DNA from: Candidatus Nanohaloarchaea archaeon
Lineage (GTDB): Archaea > Nanohalarchaeota > Nanosalinia > Nanosalinales > Nanosalinaceae
NCBI GenBank assembly: GCA_041640035.1
Contig: JBEQBC010000012.1
Location: forward strand, 1 to 19,098
Direction of reading: 5' to 3'
Length of the DNA stretch: 19,098 nucleotides
The notes below the pieces were generated by a model. It was not told where the DNA came from. It was given only the letters and a program-made list of their open reading frames with translations, and searched no databases. The translations under genes were made by a program, and so were the position numbers. Position 1 is the first letter of the stretch. Each line of letters begins with the position of its first letter. Below, piece by piece: positions 1-7,585 of the stretch.

Positions 1-71
1 TGTTCTTTCCAACTCTTTTATCACTGTCTAACAAGTACTCGAGAAGTTTTTATTCACAACCATAAAAATTG

Positions 72-78
72 TTATAAA
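72..78 (+). promoter_or_regulatory. Putative archaeal TATA box for the ORF106-cdc48 operon
   Basis: TTATAAA ends about 28 nt before the ATG at 106 and follows an A-rich BRE-like stretch. The spacing fits a leaderless transcript. Confidence 0.55.
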
Positions 79-105
79 CTTTCCTAACCAAATAGTGATA
101 TACAC

Positions 106-441
106 ATGGCGGGAGAAGAGGCATCACTTGTAACCTATAACACGAAGCGGGAGAAGTTCGAATCAATGTACGAACGGAACCAGTTTTACCGCGGACTGTT
201 CGGATACAAGCAGACAGTCAAGAGAAACGGGAAGGAATACAAGTACGAGAAAGACGGCCTGATGGATGAAATACCCAACATCCGTATCGATGACTCAGTA
301 TTCATCATCGCAAAAAACAATACAGACAAGATCAGAGAATACTTCCATGAATGGGACGATAAGATCTCACATCACATATTCACAGTGCTGATAGACGAAA
401 AACACATACTCAAACAAATAAGAGGCGACAATCAACAATGA
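106..441 (+). CDS. Small hypothetical protein, possibly Cas2/VapD-like ferredoxin fold
   Basis: 111-aa ORF with an upstream TATA box and an ATGA overlap with cdc48. The pattern LVTYNT...FYRGLFGY...[10 protein letters not shown] resembles the Cas2 consensus (hhhYDI...L..yG...rvQxSVF). The gene call is firm; the fold call is tentative. Confidence 0.7.
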   Translation: MAGEEASLVTYNTKREKFESMYERNQFYRGLFGYKQTVKRNGKEYKYEKDGLMDEIPNIRIDDSVFIIAKNNTDKIREYFHEWDDKISHHIFTVLIDEKHILKQIRGDNQQ

Positions 442-2714
442 CAGACGACAAGGTAAAACTACGGGTAGGAGAAGTACCTCCAAACGCACAACAAGATGTA
501 GGAAAAGGTATCGTGCGTATAGACAGCAAAATCATGCAGAAACTGGATGTAAGAGAAAAAGAAACAGTAAAAATAGAAGGAGATAGAAAAACAGTCGGAA
601 CAGTAGCAAGAAGCTACCCAGCAGACAAAGGACTAGGCATAGTCCGCATGGATGGATACATGCGTAAAAACGCAGGAACAAGCCTAGGAGAAAATGTAGA
701 AGTAGAAAAAGTAGAAGCCAAAGAAGCAGAAGAAGTAACACTAGCTCCTGCAGAAGAAGGAGTAATGATGCAGGTCTCCAACCCAAACATATTCAAGAAA
801 GGACTTCTTAACCGGCCTGTAATCGAAGGAGACATCGTAGTACCCGGAAGAAGCAAAGATAAAGGACCTAACCTGTTCGATGACATGTTCGACATGGGAG
901 GCGACCAGTTCAGGTTCAGCCTAGGAGAAACAAAGCTTTCAGTCGTCAAAACCAAGCCGAAAGGCGCAGTCAAGATCACCCAGCAGACCGAGATCGAAAT
1001 GAAACAGCAAGCAGTAGAACAACCAGGAGAACAACAGGTCAAAGTACCGGATGTAACATACGAAGACATCGGAGGACTGGACGAAGAAGTCCAGAAAGTC
1101 CGGGAAATGATCGAACTACCGCTCAAACACCCCGAAGTATTCCAGCAGCTCGGAATCGACGCACCAAGCGGAGTACTACTACAGGGACCGCCAGGAACAG
1201 GAAAAACACTACTAGCCAAAGCAGTAGCCAACGAAGCAGACGCAACCTTCCTCAGCATCGACGGACCGGAAATCATGTCCAAATACTACGGAGAATCAGA
1301 GAAGCAGCTCCGTGAAAAATTCGAAGAAGCACAGGAAAACAGCCCTGCAATCATCTTCATCGACGAAATCGACGCCATCGCACCGAAAAGAGACGATACA
1401 GGCGGAGAAGTCGAGAGAAGAGTGGTAGCACAGCTACTAAGCGAGATGGACGGACTGGAAGAAAGAGAAAATGTCATCGTCATCGCAGCAACCAACCGTG
1501 TAGACGCAGTCGACGAAGCACTACGCCGTGGAGGAAGATTCGACCGAGAAATCGAAATCGGAGTACCAAACCGGGAAGGAAGAAAAGAAATCCTCCAGAT
1601 CCACACGCGAAACATGCCGCTCAGCGACGATGTAGACCTAGAAGAGATCGCCGACAACACCCACGGATATGTGGGAGCGGACCTAGAAACACTCTGCAAG
1701 GAATCAGCGATGTCCGTGTTGAGAGAAGTACTTCCAAAAATCGACATGGATGAAGAGATACCAAGCGATGTCCTAGAAGAGCTAGTAGTCGATAGAGATG
1801 CGATGATCGAGGGTATGCGGATGGTCGAACCAAGTCAGATGAGAGAAGTAATGGTAGAAGTTCCACAGACAGAGTGGGATGATATCGGAGGACTGGATGA
1901 AACCAAAGACCGGCTCCGTGAAATGGTAGAGTGGCCGCAGAAACATCCGGAAAGATTCGAGAGAATGGGTATAGATGTACCTAAAGGAATCATGATGTAC
2001 GGACTACCAGGAACAGGAAAAACACTATTAGCCAAAGCAGTAGCCAACGAATCCAACTCCAACTTCATCTCAATCAAAGGACCAGAAGTATTCTCCAAAT
2101 ATGTAGGGGAATCAGAGGAAGCAGTCCGGGAGATCTTCAAGAAAGCCCGCCAGGTTGCACCCTGCATCCTCTTCATCGACGAAATAGACAGTATCGCACC
2201 ACGGAGGGGAAGCAGAGGCAGCGACTCAGGAGTCGGCGACAGAGTAGTCAACCAACTCCTCACAGAACTTGACGGAATCGAAAGTCTGGAAGGAGTCACG
2301 GTAATCGCAGCAACCAACCGTCCGGATATGATCGATCCAGCAATCATGCGGCCAGGAAGAATCGACAGAACGATGGAGGTAGAGATCCCTGACTTCGAGG
2401 CACGGAAGAAGATATTCGAAGTGCACACAGAGGACATGCCACTGGCTGATGATGTTGACCTGGAGGAGCTGGCAGAAAAAACCGAAAATTATGTTGGAAG
2501 CGACATAGAGTCAATCTGCAGAGAAGCAGGTATGATTGCACTGCGTGGAAACCCTGATTCAGAGGAAGCAACGATGAAAGACTTCGAGGAAGCTATTGAT
2601 GATGTCAAGCCAACAGCGACGGAAGAAAACAGAGAGCAGTACGAGCGAATGATGAAGCGAATGGACAACATCGAGGAAGAAAAGGACGACAGCACTCCTG
2701 ACTACTACGCATAA
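438..2714 (+). CDS. cdc48: CDC48/p97/VAT family AAA+ ATPase
   Basis: N-domain ([21 protein letters not shown]) and two AAA modules. Walker A GPPGTGKT and GLPGTGKT, Walker B IIFIDEID and [21 protein letters not shown] and MRPGRIDR. C-terminus DYYA. Confidence 0.98.
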   Translation: MTDDKVKLRVGEVPPNAQQDVGKGIVRIDSKIMQKLDVREKETVKIEGDRKTVGTVARSYPADKGLGIVRMDGYMRKNAGTSLGENVEVEKVEAKEAEEVTLAPAEEGVMMQVSNPNIFKKGLLNRPVIEGDIVVPGRSKDKGPNLFDDMFDMGGDQFRFSLGETKLSVVKTKPKGAVKITQQTEIEMKQQAVEQPGEQQVKVPDVTYEDIGGLDEEVQKVREMIELPLKHPEVFQQLGIDAPSGVLLQGPPGTGKTLLAKAVANEADATFLSIDGPEIMSKYYGESEKQLREKFEEAQENSPAIIFIDEIDAIAPKRDDTGGEVERRVVAQLLSEMDGLEERENVIVIAATNRVDAVDEALRRGGRFDREIEIGVPNREGRKEILQIHTRNMPLSDDVDLEEIADNTHGYVGADLETLCKESAMSVLREVLPKIDMDEEIPSDVLEELVVDRDAMIEGMRMVEPSQMREVMVEVPQTEWDDIGGLDETKDRLREMVEWPQKHPERFERMGIDVPKGIMMYGLPGTGKTLLAKAVANESNSNFISIKGPEVFSKYVGESEEAVREIFKKARQVAPCILFIDEIDSIAPRRGSRGSDSGVGDRVVNQLLTELDGIESLEGVTVIAATNRPDMIDPAIMRPGRIDRTMEVEIPDFEARKKIFEVHTEDMPLADDVDLEELAEKTENYVGSDIESICREAGMIALRGNPDSEEATMKDFEEAIDDVKPTATEENREQYERMMKRMDNIEEEKDDSTPDYYA

Positions 2715-2717
2715 CTC

Positions 2718-2758
2718 AAGGGGATTCAAAACCCTTCAAATTTTTCTTTACTCTTTCT
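2718..2758 (+). terminator. Putative terminator after cdc48
   Basis: Short stem AAGGG(2718-2722)/CCCTT(2732-2736) followed by the T-rich tract TTTTTCTTTACTCTTTCT. Confidence 0.5.
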
Positions 2759-2793
2759 GAAGCGTTTGTTAACAGTCGTGAACCATCCTACAG

Positions 2794-2801
2794 TTTAAAT
2801 A
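2794..2801 (+). promoter_or_regulatory. Putative TATA box for DsbA paralogue 1
   Basis: TTTAAATA lies about 28 nt upstream of the ATG at 2829, supporting that ATG over the TTG at 2820. Confidence 0.55.
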
Positions 2802-2828
2802 AGTAGGCCTCATGAATAGTTGTTTACA

Positions 2829-3809
2829 ATGCCGGAAAACGGCGACTTCACCTGCAAGTACTGCGAAAAGGAGTTCGACTCCAAGAGAGGATTGCATGTC
2901 CACCAGGGACAGGTACATCCAGATGAAGAGAAACAAGAAGTAGAAACCACGGAGTCTGAAGAAGATAGTTCGGAAGAAGTAGAAGGTACTGAAGAAACGG
3001 ATTCTTTCGGTGAAAGCGAGGACCTTGATCTAGATAAGACAGAAGAGGATTTCGAGGTGAACCCCGGCAAGGACAGTTCTGCGATCAATATTTCACTTAC
3101 TACAAGACAGGTAGCAGCGGCTTCGTTCGCAGTAGGACTTCTACTGGGCGGTATCCTGGCAGGAGCTTATTTCATGATAGATACCACGCCTAACCCGTAC
3201 TCCAAGGACGCAGTAAACATAAGCGATGTAAATACAGCTGGAGAACCTGTTCTAGGACAGCAGGACGCACCAGTAACCTTGGTAATGTATGAAGACTTCC
3301 AGTGCCCATTCTGCAGAGTACATTCACAGAGAACACAGCCAGAGATAGTCTCCAACTATGTCGAGAGCGGAGATGTGAAACTGGTCTGGAAGGACTTCCC
3401 TATTCCACAACTCGGTCATAACTGGGCTGTACCGGCATCAGCAGCTATGGAATGTGTATACAGACAGGATAACAATGCTTTCTGGCAGGTAGAAAAACAA
3501 ATATTCGATAATCAGGATAGCATAACAGAGGAAGATGTTCAAAGCCAGGTAATCAGTTATGCAGAGGAAGAAGGAGTGAACGGAACGAAGGTCAGAAACT
3601 GTATTGAATCCGGAAATCCTTTAGAAGAGGTCTCAGGAGATAAGCGAGAAGGAAAAAGTTACAACGCAACTGTAGGAGGCACCCGGTTCGTCAGCGGAAC
3701 ACCTTCATTCGTAATCTATGGTTCAGACACCGAGAAGGGAACAGCAATCTCAGGAGCAGTTCCTTACGACCTGTTCGACAGGCTAATCCAAGATGAACTT
3801 AACAACTAA
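2829..3809 (+). CDS. Membrane-anchored DsbA/BdbD-family thiol-disulfide oxidoreductase with N-terminal C2H2 zinc finger
   Basis: CKYC-x12-H-x4-H finger, acidic linker and TM helix (VAAASFAVGLLLGGILAGAYFMI). The thioredoxin_4-type domain has PVLGQQDAPVTLVMYEDFQCPFC, WKDFP, the cis-Pro loop GTPSF and a second Cys pair (MECV/RNCI). Confidence 0.9.
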   Translation: MPENGDFTCKYCEKEFDSKRGLHVHQGQVHPDEEKQEVETTESEEDSSEEVEGTEETDSFGESEDLDLDKTEEDFEVNPGKDSSAINISLTTRQVAAASFAVGLLLGGILAGAYFMIDTTPNPYSKDAVNISDVNTAGEPVLGQQDAPVTLVMYEDFQCPFCRVHSQRTQPEIVSNYVESGDVKLVWKDFPIPQLGHNWAVPASAAMECVYRQDNNAFWQVEKQIFDNQDSITEEDVQSQVISYAEEEGVNGTKVRNCIESGNPLEEVSGDKREGKSYNATVGGTRFVSGTPSFVIYGSDTEKGTAISGAVPYDLFDRLIQDELNN

Positions 3810-4287
3810 ATTCCTTAACGGCGTTAAACACAGCTACGGTAAAAATAACATTCTATACACTCTTTTAGCTTCTGTATTAAGCTTCACAATGCTTCTTATA
3901 TTCTCTGCACCTGGCTCAATACTTCAGTCAGCAGGCTTCAACCTCGGTCTGCTTCCTGACACCTTGAAACTAGTTCTAATCGCCAACATACAGTCCGGAC
4001 TCTTCATCCCATCAGCAATATACTCTCTACTTCTCGGAGCGATAATAATCAACATAATCAAATCTTTCAGAGTCCAGAAAACCAGTCTGGAGAATACTCT
4101 GGCAGCAGTACCTGGATTGGCAGCTGCCGGATGTGGGGGATGCGGCGTAGGGCTTCTGGCATTCTTCGGCTTTGCAGGCGCACTATCTTTCCTGCCTTTC
4201 GGAGGCAACGAGCTTTACGCCGTAGGTATAGCTGTACTGGCTTTGAGCATCGCCCGGATAGGAGATCCTACCGTTTGCGATGTGTAG
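3793..4287 (+). CDS. Multi-pass membrane protein with CGGC motif
   Basis: 164 aa with about 4 hydrophobic segments, the motif AAAGCGGCGVG and a C-terminal Cys (TVCDV). Overlaps the upstream DsbA gene by 17 nt. Confidence 0.8.
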   Translation: MNLTTKFLNGVKHSYGKNNILYTLLASVLSFTMLLIFSAPGSILQSAGFNLGLLPDTLKLVLIANIQSGLFIPSAIYSLLLGAIIINIIKSFRVQKTSLENTLAAVPGLAAAGCGGCGVGLLAFFGFAGALSFLPFGGNELYAVGIAVLALSIARIGDPTVCDV

Positions 4288-5152
4288 TTACCAGGTTTCC
4301 ATCATCTCCTTCTCCAATCAGAACGGTGTGTTCAGCCTGGAAAACATTTCCGGTATCTTTCAGTACAGGGTAAGAATGTATTTTTCCGGACTTCACCAGT
4401 CTTTTGAACGCAATTTTCTCTTTACCTTTCAAATCCATCCACCTATCAGTGAACGGAAGGCCGTTGAATGATTTGGCTTTCTTCAGGACTTTTCGTGTAG
4501 ATCTTCCACGAGCATTCTTGGTTTCAAGCTTGTAGATATTTCCATCTTTCCCGTTAGCGACTTTACCACTGCCCATGGATAGGAAAGGCTCTATAGCGAC
4601 TGCGTCACCTTTCTCAAAAGTATAATTGTTGGAGTTGGATACATTAGGGATTGATAGGCCGGCGTGCTGCGTGTATTTTCCTAGAGAGTGTCCTGTAAGG
4701 TTTACTACCGGTGTGAGGCCGTCAGGCACCTGATCCTCGACAAAGCTTCCGAACTCTCCAACGGTTTTACCAGGTTCAATGAATTCAAGGGCTTCTTCAA
4801 GCACATTTTCCACCGCTTCGATCTGTTCAAAGTACTTTCCAGAAGGGTTTACAGTGAGTGCGGTGTCTGCGATGTAACCATCTGAATGTGCTCCTATATC
4901 TACCTTCAGTACATCGTCCTCATTCAGAACTCTTTCCTCATCCTCTGAAGGGGTGTAATGTGCCGCTTCCTCGTTTACAGACATATTTACGGGGAATGCT
5001 GGTTCCAGGCCTTCATCTCTGATCAGTTGCTCTACTGCCTCTGCTATATCTTTGAGGTTCTTGCCTGTCTCTGATTCCTTTCTTGCTTTTTTCCTGGCTT
5101 TCTGTATTACTTCTCCTGCTTCCCTGTATTTCTGCCTGACTTCTTGATCCAT
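4268..5152 (-). CDS. map: Methionine aminopeptidase type II
   Basis: Motifs AFPVN..NEEAAHYTP, DIGAHSDGYIADTA, NLTGH, AIEPF and QAEHT, plus the type II helical insert. The start is the ATG at 5152 (favoured by TATA spacing) or 5161. Confidence 0.96.
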   Translation of the reverse strand: MDQEVRQKYREAGEVIQKARKKARKESETGKNLKDIAEAVEQLIRDEGLEPAFPVNMSVNEEAAHYTPSEDEERVLNEDDVLKVDIGAHSDGYIADTALTVNPSGKYFEQIEAVENVLEEALEFIEPGKTVGEFGSFVEDQVPDGLTPVVNLTGHSLGKYTQHAGLSIPNVSNSNNYTFEKGDAVAIEPFLSMGSGKVANGKDGNIYKLETKNARGRSTRKVLKKAKSFNGLPFTDRWMDLKGKEKIAFKRLVKSGKIHSYPVLKDTGNVFQAEHTVLIGEGDDGNLVTTHRKR

Positions 5153-5167
5153 GGTATCCATGAGCTA

Positions 5168-5223
5168 TCTGAAAGGTTAAAACTGCTTCGGGATGCAGAA
5201 GCACGATTTATTTAAGTTTCAGA
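5168..5223. promoter_or_regulatory. Divergent promoter region (map / ORF5245) with nested inverted repeats
   Basis: Minus-strand TTTTAA at 5177-5182 and plus-strand TTTATTTAA at 5207-5215. Inverted repeats TGCTTC-N8-GAAGCA and TCTGAAA...TTTCAGA. Confidence 0.5.
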
Positions 5224-5244
5224 ACCTTTTGGTATCGTTAACTT

Positions 5245-5592
5245 ATGACCGAGGATCAAGAAGCTGAGAGGCTTATCTCTTTCTACTCTGCTGGAGAAAC
5301 CGGTTTCACCGAGTTCAATGTTCAGCCGGACGGAGAAGGAGAGTTCTACAGTATGCAGGCAGGCAACGAGGAATCATACGAGTTCGACTTGGACAGAGAT
5401 ACTGCAGAGGAATACCGAGATCGATTAGTCGGTAACCTGAGAAATGGTACGGCACTTGAACAGTCCATGGGAAACGGAGACACCCAGGTAACTGTCTATT
5501 CAGAGAACGGTCATCAGACCGGAGAGTTAACGAACGAAGGAAAAGAAGTGGTAAATGAAATGATAGAGGCCTTCGAGGAAAACAAGCAGTAG
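5245..5592 (+). CDS. Hypothetical acidic protein
   Basis: 115-aa ORF with host-like acidic composition that fills the gap between map and the malic enzyme gene. TATA-like element about 30 nt upstream. No recognised motif. Confidence 0.75.
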   Translation: MTEDQEAERLISFYSAGETGFTEFNVQPDGEGEFYSMQAGNEESYEFDLDRDTAEEYRDRLVGNLRNGTALEQSMGNGDTQVTVYSENGHQTGELTNEGKEVVNEMIEAFEENKQ

Positions 5593-5601
5593 GTGTCTGC
5601 T

Positions 5602-6762
5602 CTACTCCGCTCTATTTACTCCTGTCTCTCTTGCTGCCACTCTGACTTTTTCAGCAATCTCCATCGCAAGTTCCTTATCCAAGGTCTCAGGCACAATCTT
5701 ATCTTTTTCAGGCTCTATGAAGTTTCTGATAGCTTCTGATGCTGCGATCTTCATCTCCTCATTTATTTCACTTGCCTTCACATCCAAGGCTCCTCTGAAG
5801 ACGCCAGGGAAGGCAAGAGAGTTGTTAACCTGATTGTCAAAGTCGCTTCGGCCTGTAGCTGTTATGAAGGCTCCTGCTTCCTTCGCTTCCTCAGGCAGTA
5901 TCTCAGGTTCAGGGTTCGCCAGTGCGAAAACTATCGCATCCTCGGCCATACTTTCGACCATATCCTTTGAAACGATTCCCGGCGCTGAAAGACCGATAAA
6001 CACATCAGCGTTCTTCATAGCGTCTTCTAAACTGCCCTGTTCCTTTGAGGCTAGTGTTCGCTGTGCCAGATCTGCTTTGTAACTATTTTCGTCGTCAGTT
6101 CTGAGTATCCCTGATGAATCGACAGGAACGATTTTTTCGGCTCCTGCGTCCAGCAGGAAGTTTGCTACTGCTATGCCTGATGCTCCTGCTCCTGAGATCG
6201 CTATTCTTGCGTTCTCAAGGTCTTTGCCCGCGATTTTTAATGCGTTCTGTACTGCTGCTCCTACAACGATCGCTGTTCCGTGCTGGTCGTCGTGGAATAC
6301 CGGGATGTCCAGTCTTTCCTTCAGTTCTTCTTCTGCTTTGAAGCATCGCGGTGCTTTGATGTCCTCTAGATTGATAGCGCCGTAAGTCGGTGCTTCTCGT
6401 TCTACATGTTCGATTATTTCTTCAGCTGAGTCTGCGTTTATACATACTGGGAAGCCGTCTACACCTCCGAACTTTTTCATCAGGTTGGCTTTTCCTTCCA
6501 TTACAGGCATTGATGCTTCTGCTCCGATATCTCCTAGGCCAAGGACTGCTGAACCGTCTGAAACTACTGCTACAAGGTTTCCTTTGGAAGTGTATTCGTA
6601 TGCGTTTTCCTTGTCTTCATCTATTTTTTTGCATGGTTCTGCGACGCCCGGCGTGTATACGAGTTCGAGGTCTTTTCTTGTGGCGACCTCTACGCTGGGT
6701 TCTACGGAGATTTTTCCAGGGTTTTTGCTGTGGAGATCTAGGGCTTCCTGTTTGTCTACCAT
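5602..6762 (-). CDS. mae: NAD(P)-dependent malic enzyme (short form, no phosphotransacetylase domain)
   Basis: Motifs YTPGVAEPC, DGSAVLGLGDIG, MPVMEGK, INLEDIKAPRCF, FHDDQHGTA, GAGASG, ALANPEPEI, ATGRSD and QVNNSLAFPGVFRGALD. Confidence 0.97.
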   Translation of the reverse strand: MVDKQEALDLHSKNPGKISVEPSVEVATRKDLELVYTPGVAEPCKKIDEDKENAYEYTSKGNLVAVVSDGSAVLGLGDIGAEASMPVMEGKANLMKKFGGVDGFPVCINADSAEEIIEHVEREAPTYGAINLEDIKAPRCFKAEEELKERLDIPVFHDDQHGTAIVVGAAVQNALKIAGKDLENARIAISGAGASGIAVANFLLDAGAEKIVPVDSSGILRTDDENSYKADLAQRTLASKEQGSLEDAMKNADVFIGLSAPGIVSKDMVESMAEDAIVFALANPEPEILPEEAKEAGAFITATGRSDFDNQVNNSLAFPGVFRGALDVKASEINEEMKIAASEAIRNFIEPEKDKIVPETLDKELAMEIAEKVRVAARETGVNRAE

Positions 6763-6810
6763 AACACTGTTTTTTGATGAGAAGTAATGTAAATAGGTTT
6801 CAGTTTATAG

Positions 6811-7575
6811 ATGTCTGTGAGCAAGGAAAAGGTACTCCGACTGGCTTCTCTGGAGGAAAATCCCTCCGTGCATCAGATTAGAGGACGGATGGCAACGCTA
6901 CTAGATTATTTCGAGGATGAAGAAAGGTACAGCAGTTATGCGCCTTTCATGTATGTTTATCACTCGGTTACCTCTAGTGTTGCCGACTACATGATAGAAG
7001 ACGATGATTTCTTCGATAATCCGGATGCTCTGGAGAACCTGGATGCGGAGTTCGCTGAGCTGTACTTTAGACCTTTGAGGGAGAATATCGAGAACGATAG
7101 GCGTCCGGAGCCCTGGAAGACCTACTTCGACTACTGCAGCCGGGATAAAACCCGGCCAGCTGTGGAGATGTTGCTTGGGATCAACGCGCATATCAACGCC
7201 GATCTGCTTCACGCACTTCACTCACAGAACTACAGTGAGAGGCAGGATTACCAGCGTATCAACCGGATTCTGGAGAAGCAGTTACAGGATGCGATGATCT
7301 ACCTGGCTCGGAGACATGACCTGGCCGGTTTATTTGGATTTATGGATAGGCGTATGGCTTATAGAGAGTTTCAGAGACTGGTTGTTAACTGGCGTGAGAA
7401 TACTTGGGAGAGCTATCAGGAGATAAAGGAAGATGATTTCGAGGCGCACAAGCATGAGATTTACAGTCAGACTGAGGAAGTCGCGGAGGAGATTGTGAAG
7501 CTTGAGGAAGATTTCAATTATCTGAACCTTTATTCTACGATCAGAAAAGCGAACAGGCTGGAAGTAAAGCTGTAG
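6811..7575 (+). CDS. DUF5995-like helical protein
   Basis: Pattern F..VY..VT, F.NP....LD..FA.LYF, W...F and LLGINAHINADL, recalled as characteristic of DUF5995. Confidence 0.75.
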   Translation: MSVSKEKVLRLASLEENPSVHQIRGRMATLLDYFEDEERYSSYAPFMYVYHSVTSSVADYMIEDDDFFDNPDALENLDAEFAELYFRPLRENIENDRRPEPWKTYFDYCSRDKTRPAVEMLLGINAHINADLLHALHSQNYSERQDYQRINRILEKQLQDAMIYLARRHDLAGLFGFMDRRMAYREFQRLVVNWRENTWESYQEIKEDDFEAHKHEIYSQTEEVAEEIVKLEEDFNYLNLYSTIRKANRLEVKL

Positions 7576-7585
7576 AAAAACTTTT

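Noticed and set aside
1-441. Possible CRISPR-Cas locus suggested by the Cas2-like ORF
   Set aside because: No repeat-spacer array or other cas gene is visible in the window.
1060-2130. Internal DNA similarity in cdc48 (CCAGGAACAGGAAAAACACTA...GCCAAAGCAGTAGCCAACGAA twice)
   Set aside because: It is explained by the conserved D1/D2 Walker A regions and is not an independent repeat element.
532-2695. Several long minus-strand ORFs within cdc48 (up to 222 aa)
   Set aside because: They are Ser/Leu-rich antisense shadows caused by the biased GAA/GAC/A-ending codon usage of the real gene.
2820-2828. TTG start for DsbA-1 given by the ORF track
   Set aside because: The ATG at 2829 fits the TATA spacing and has the same ACAATG context as paralogue 2.
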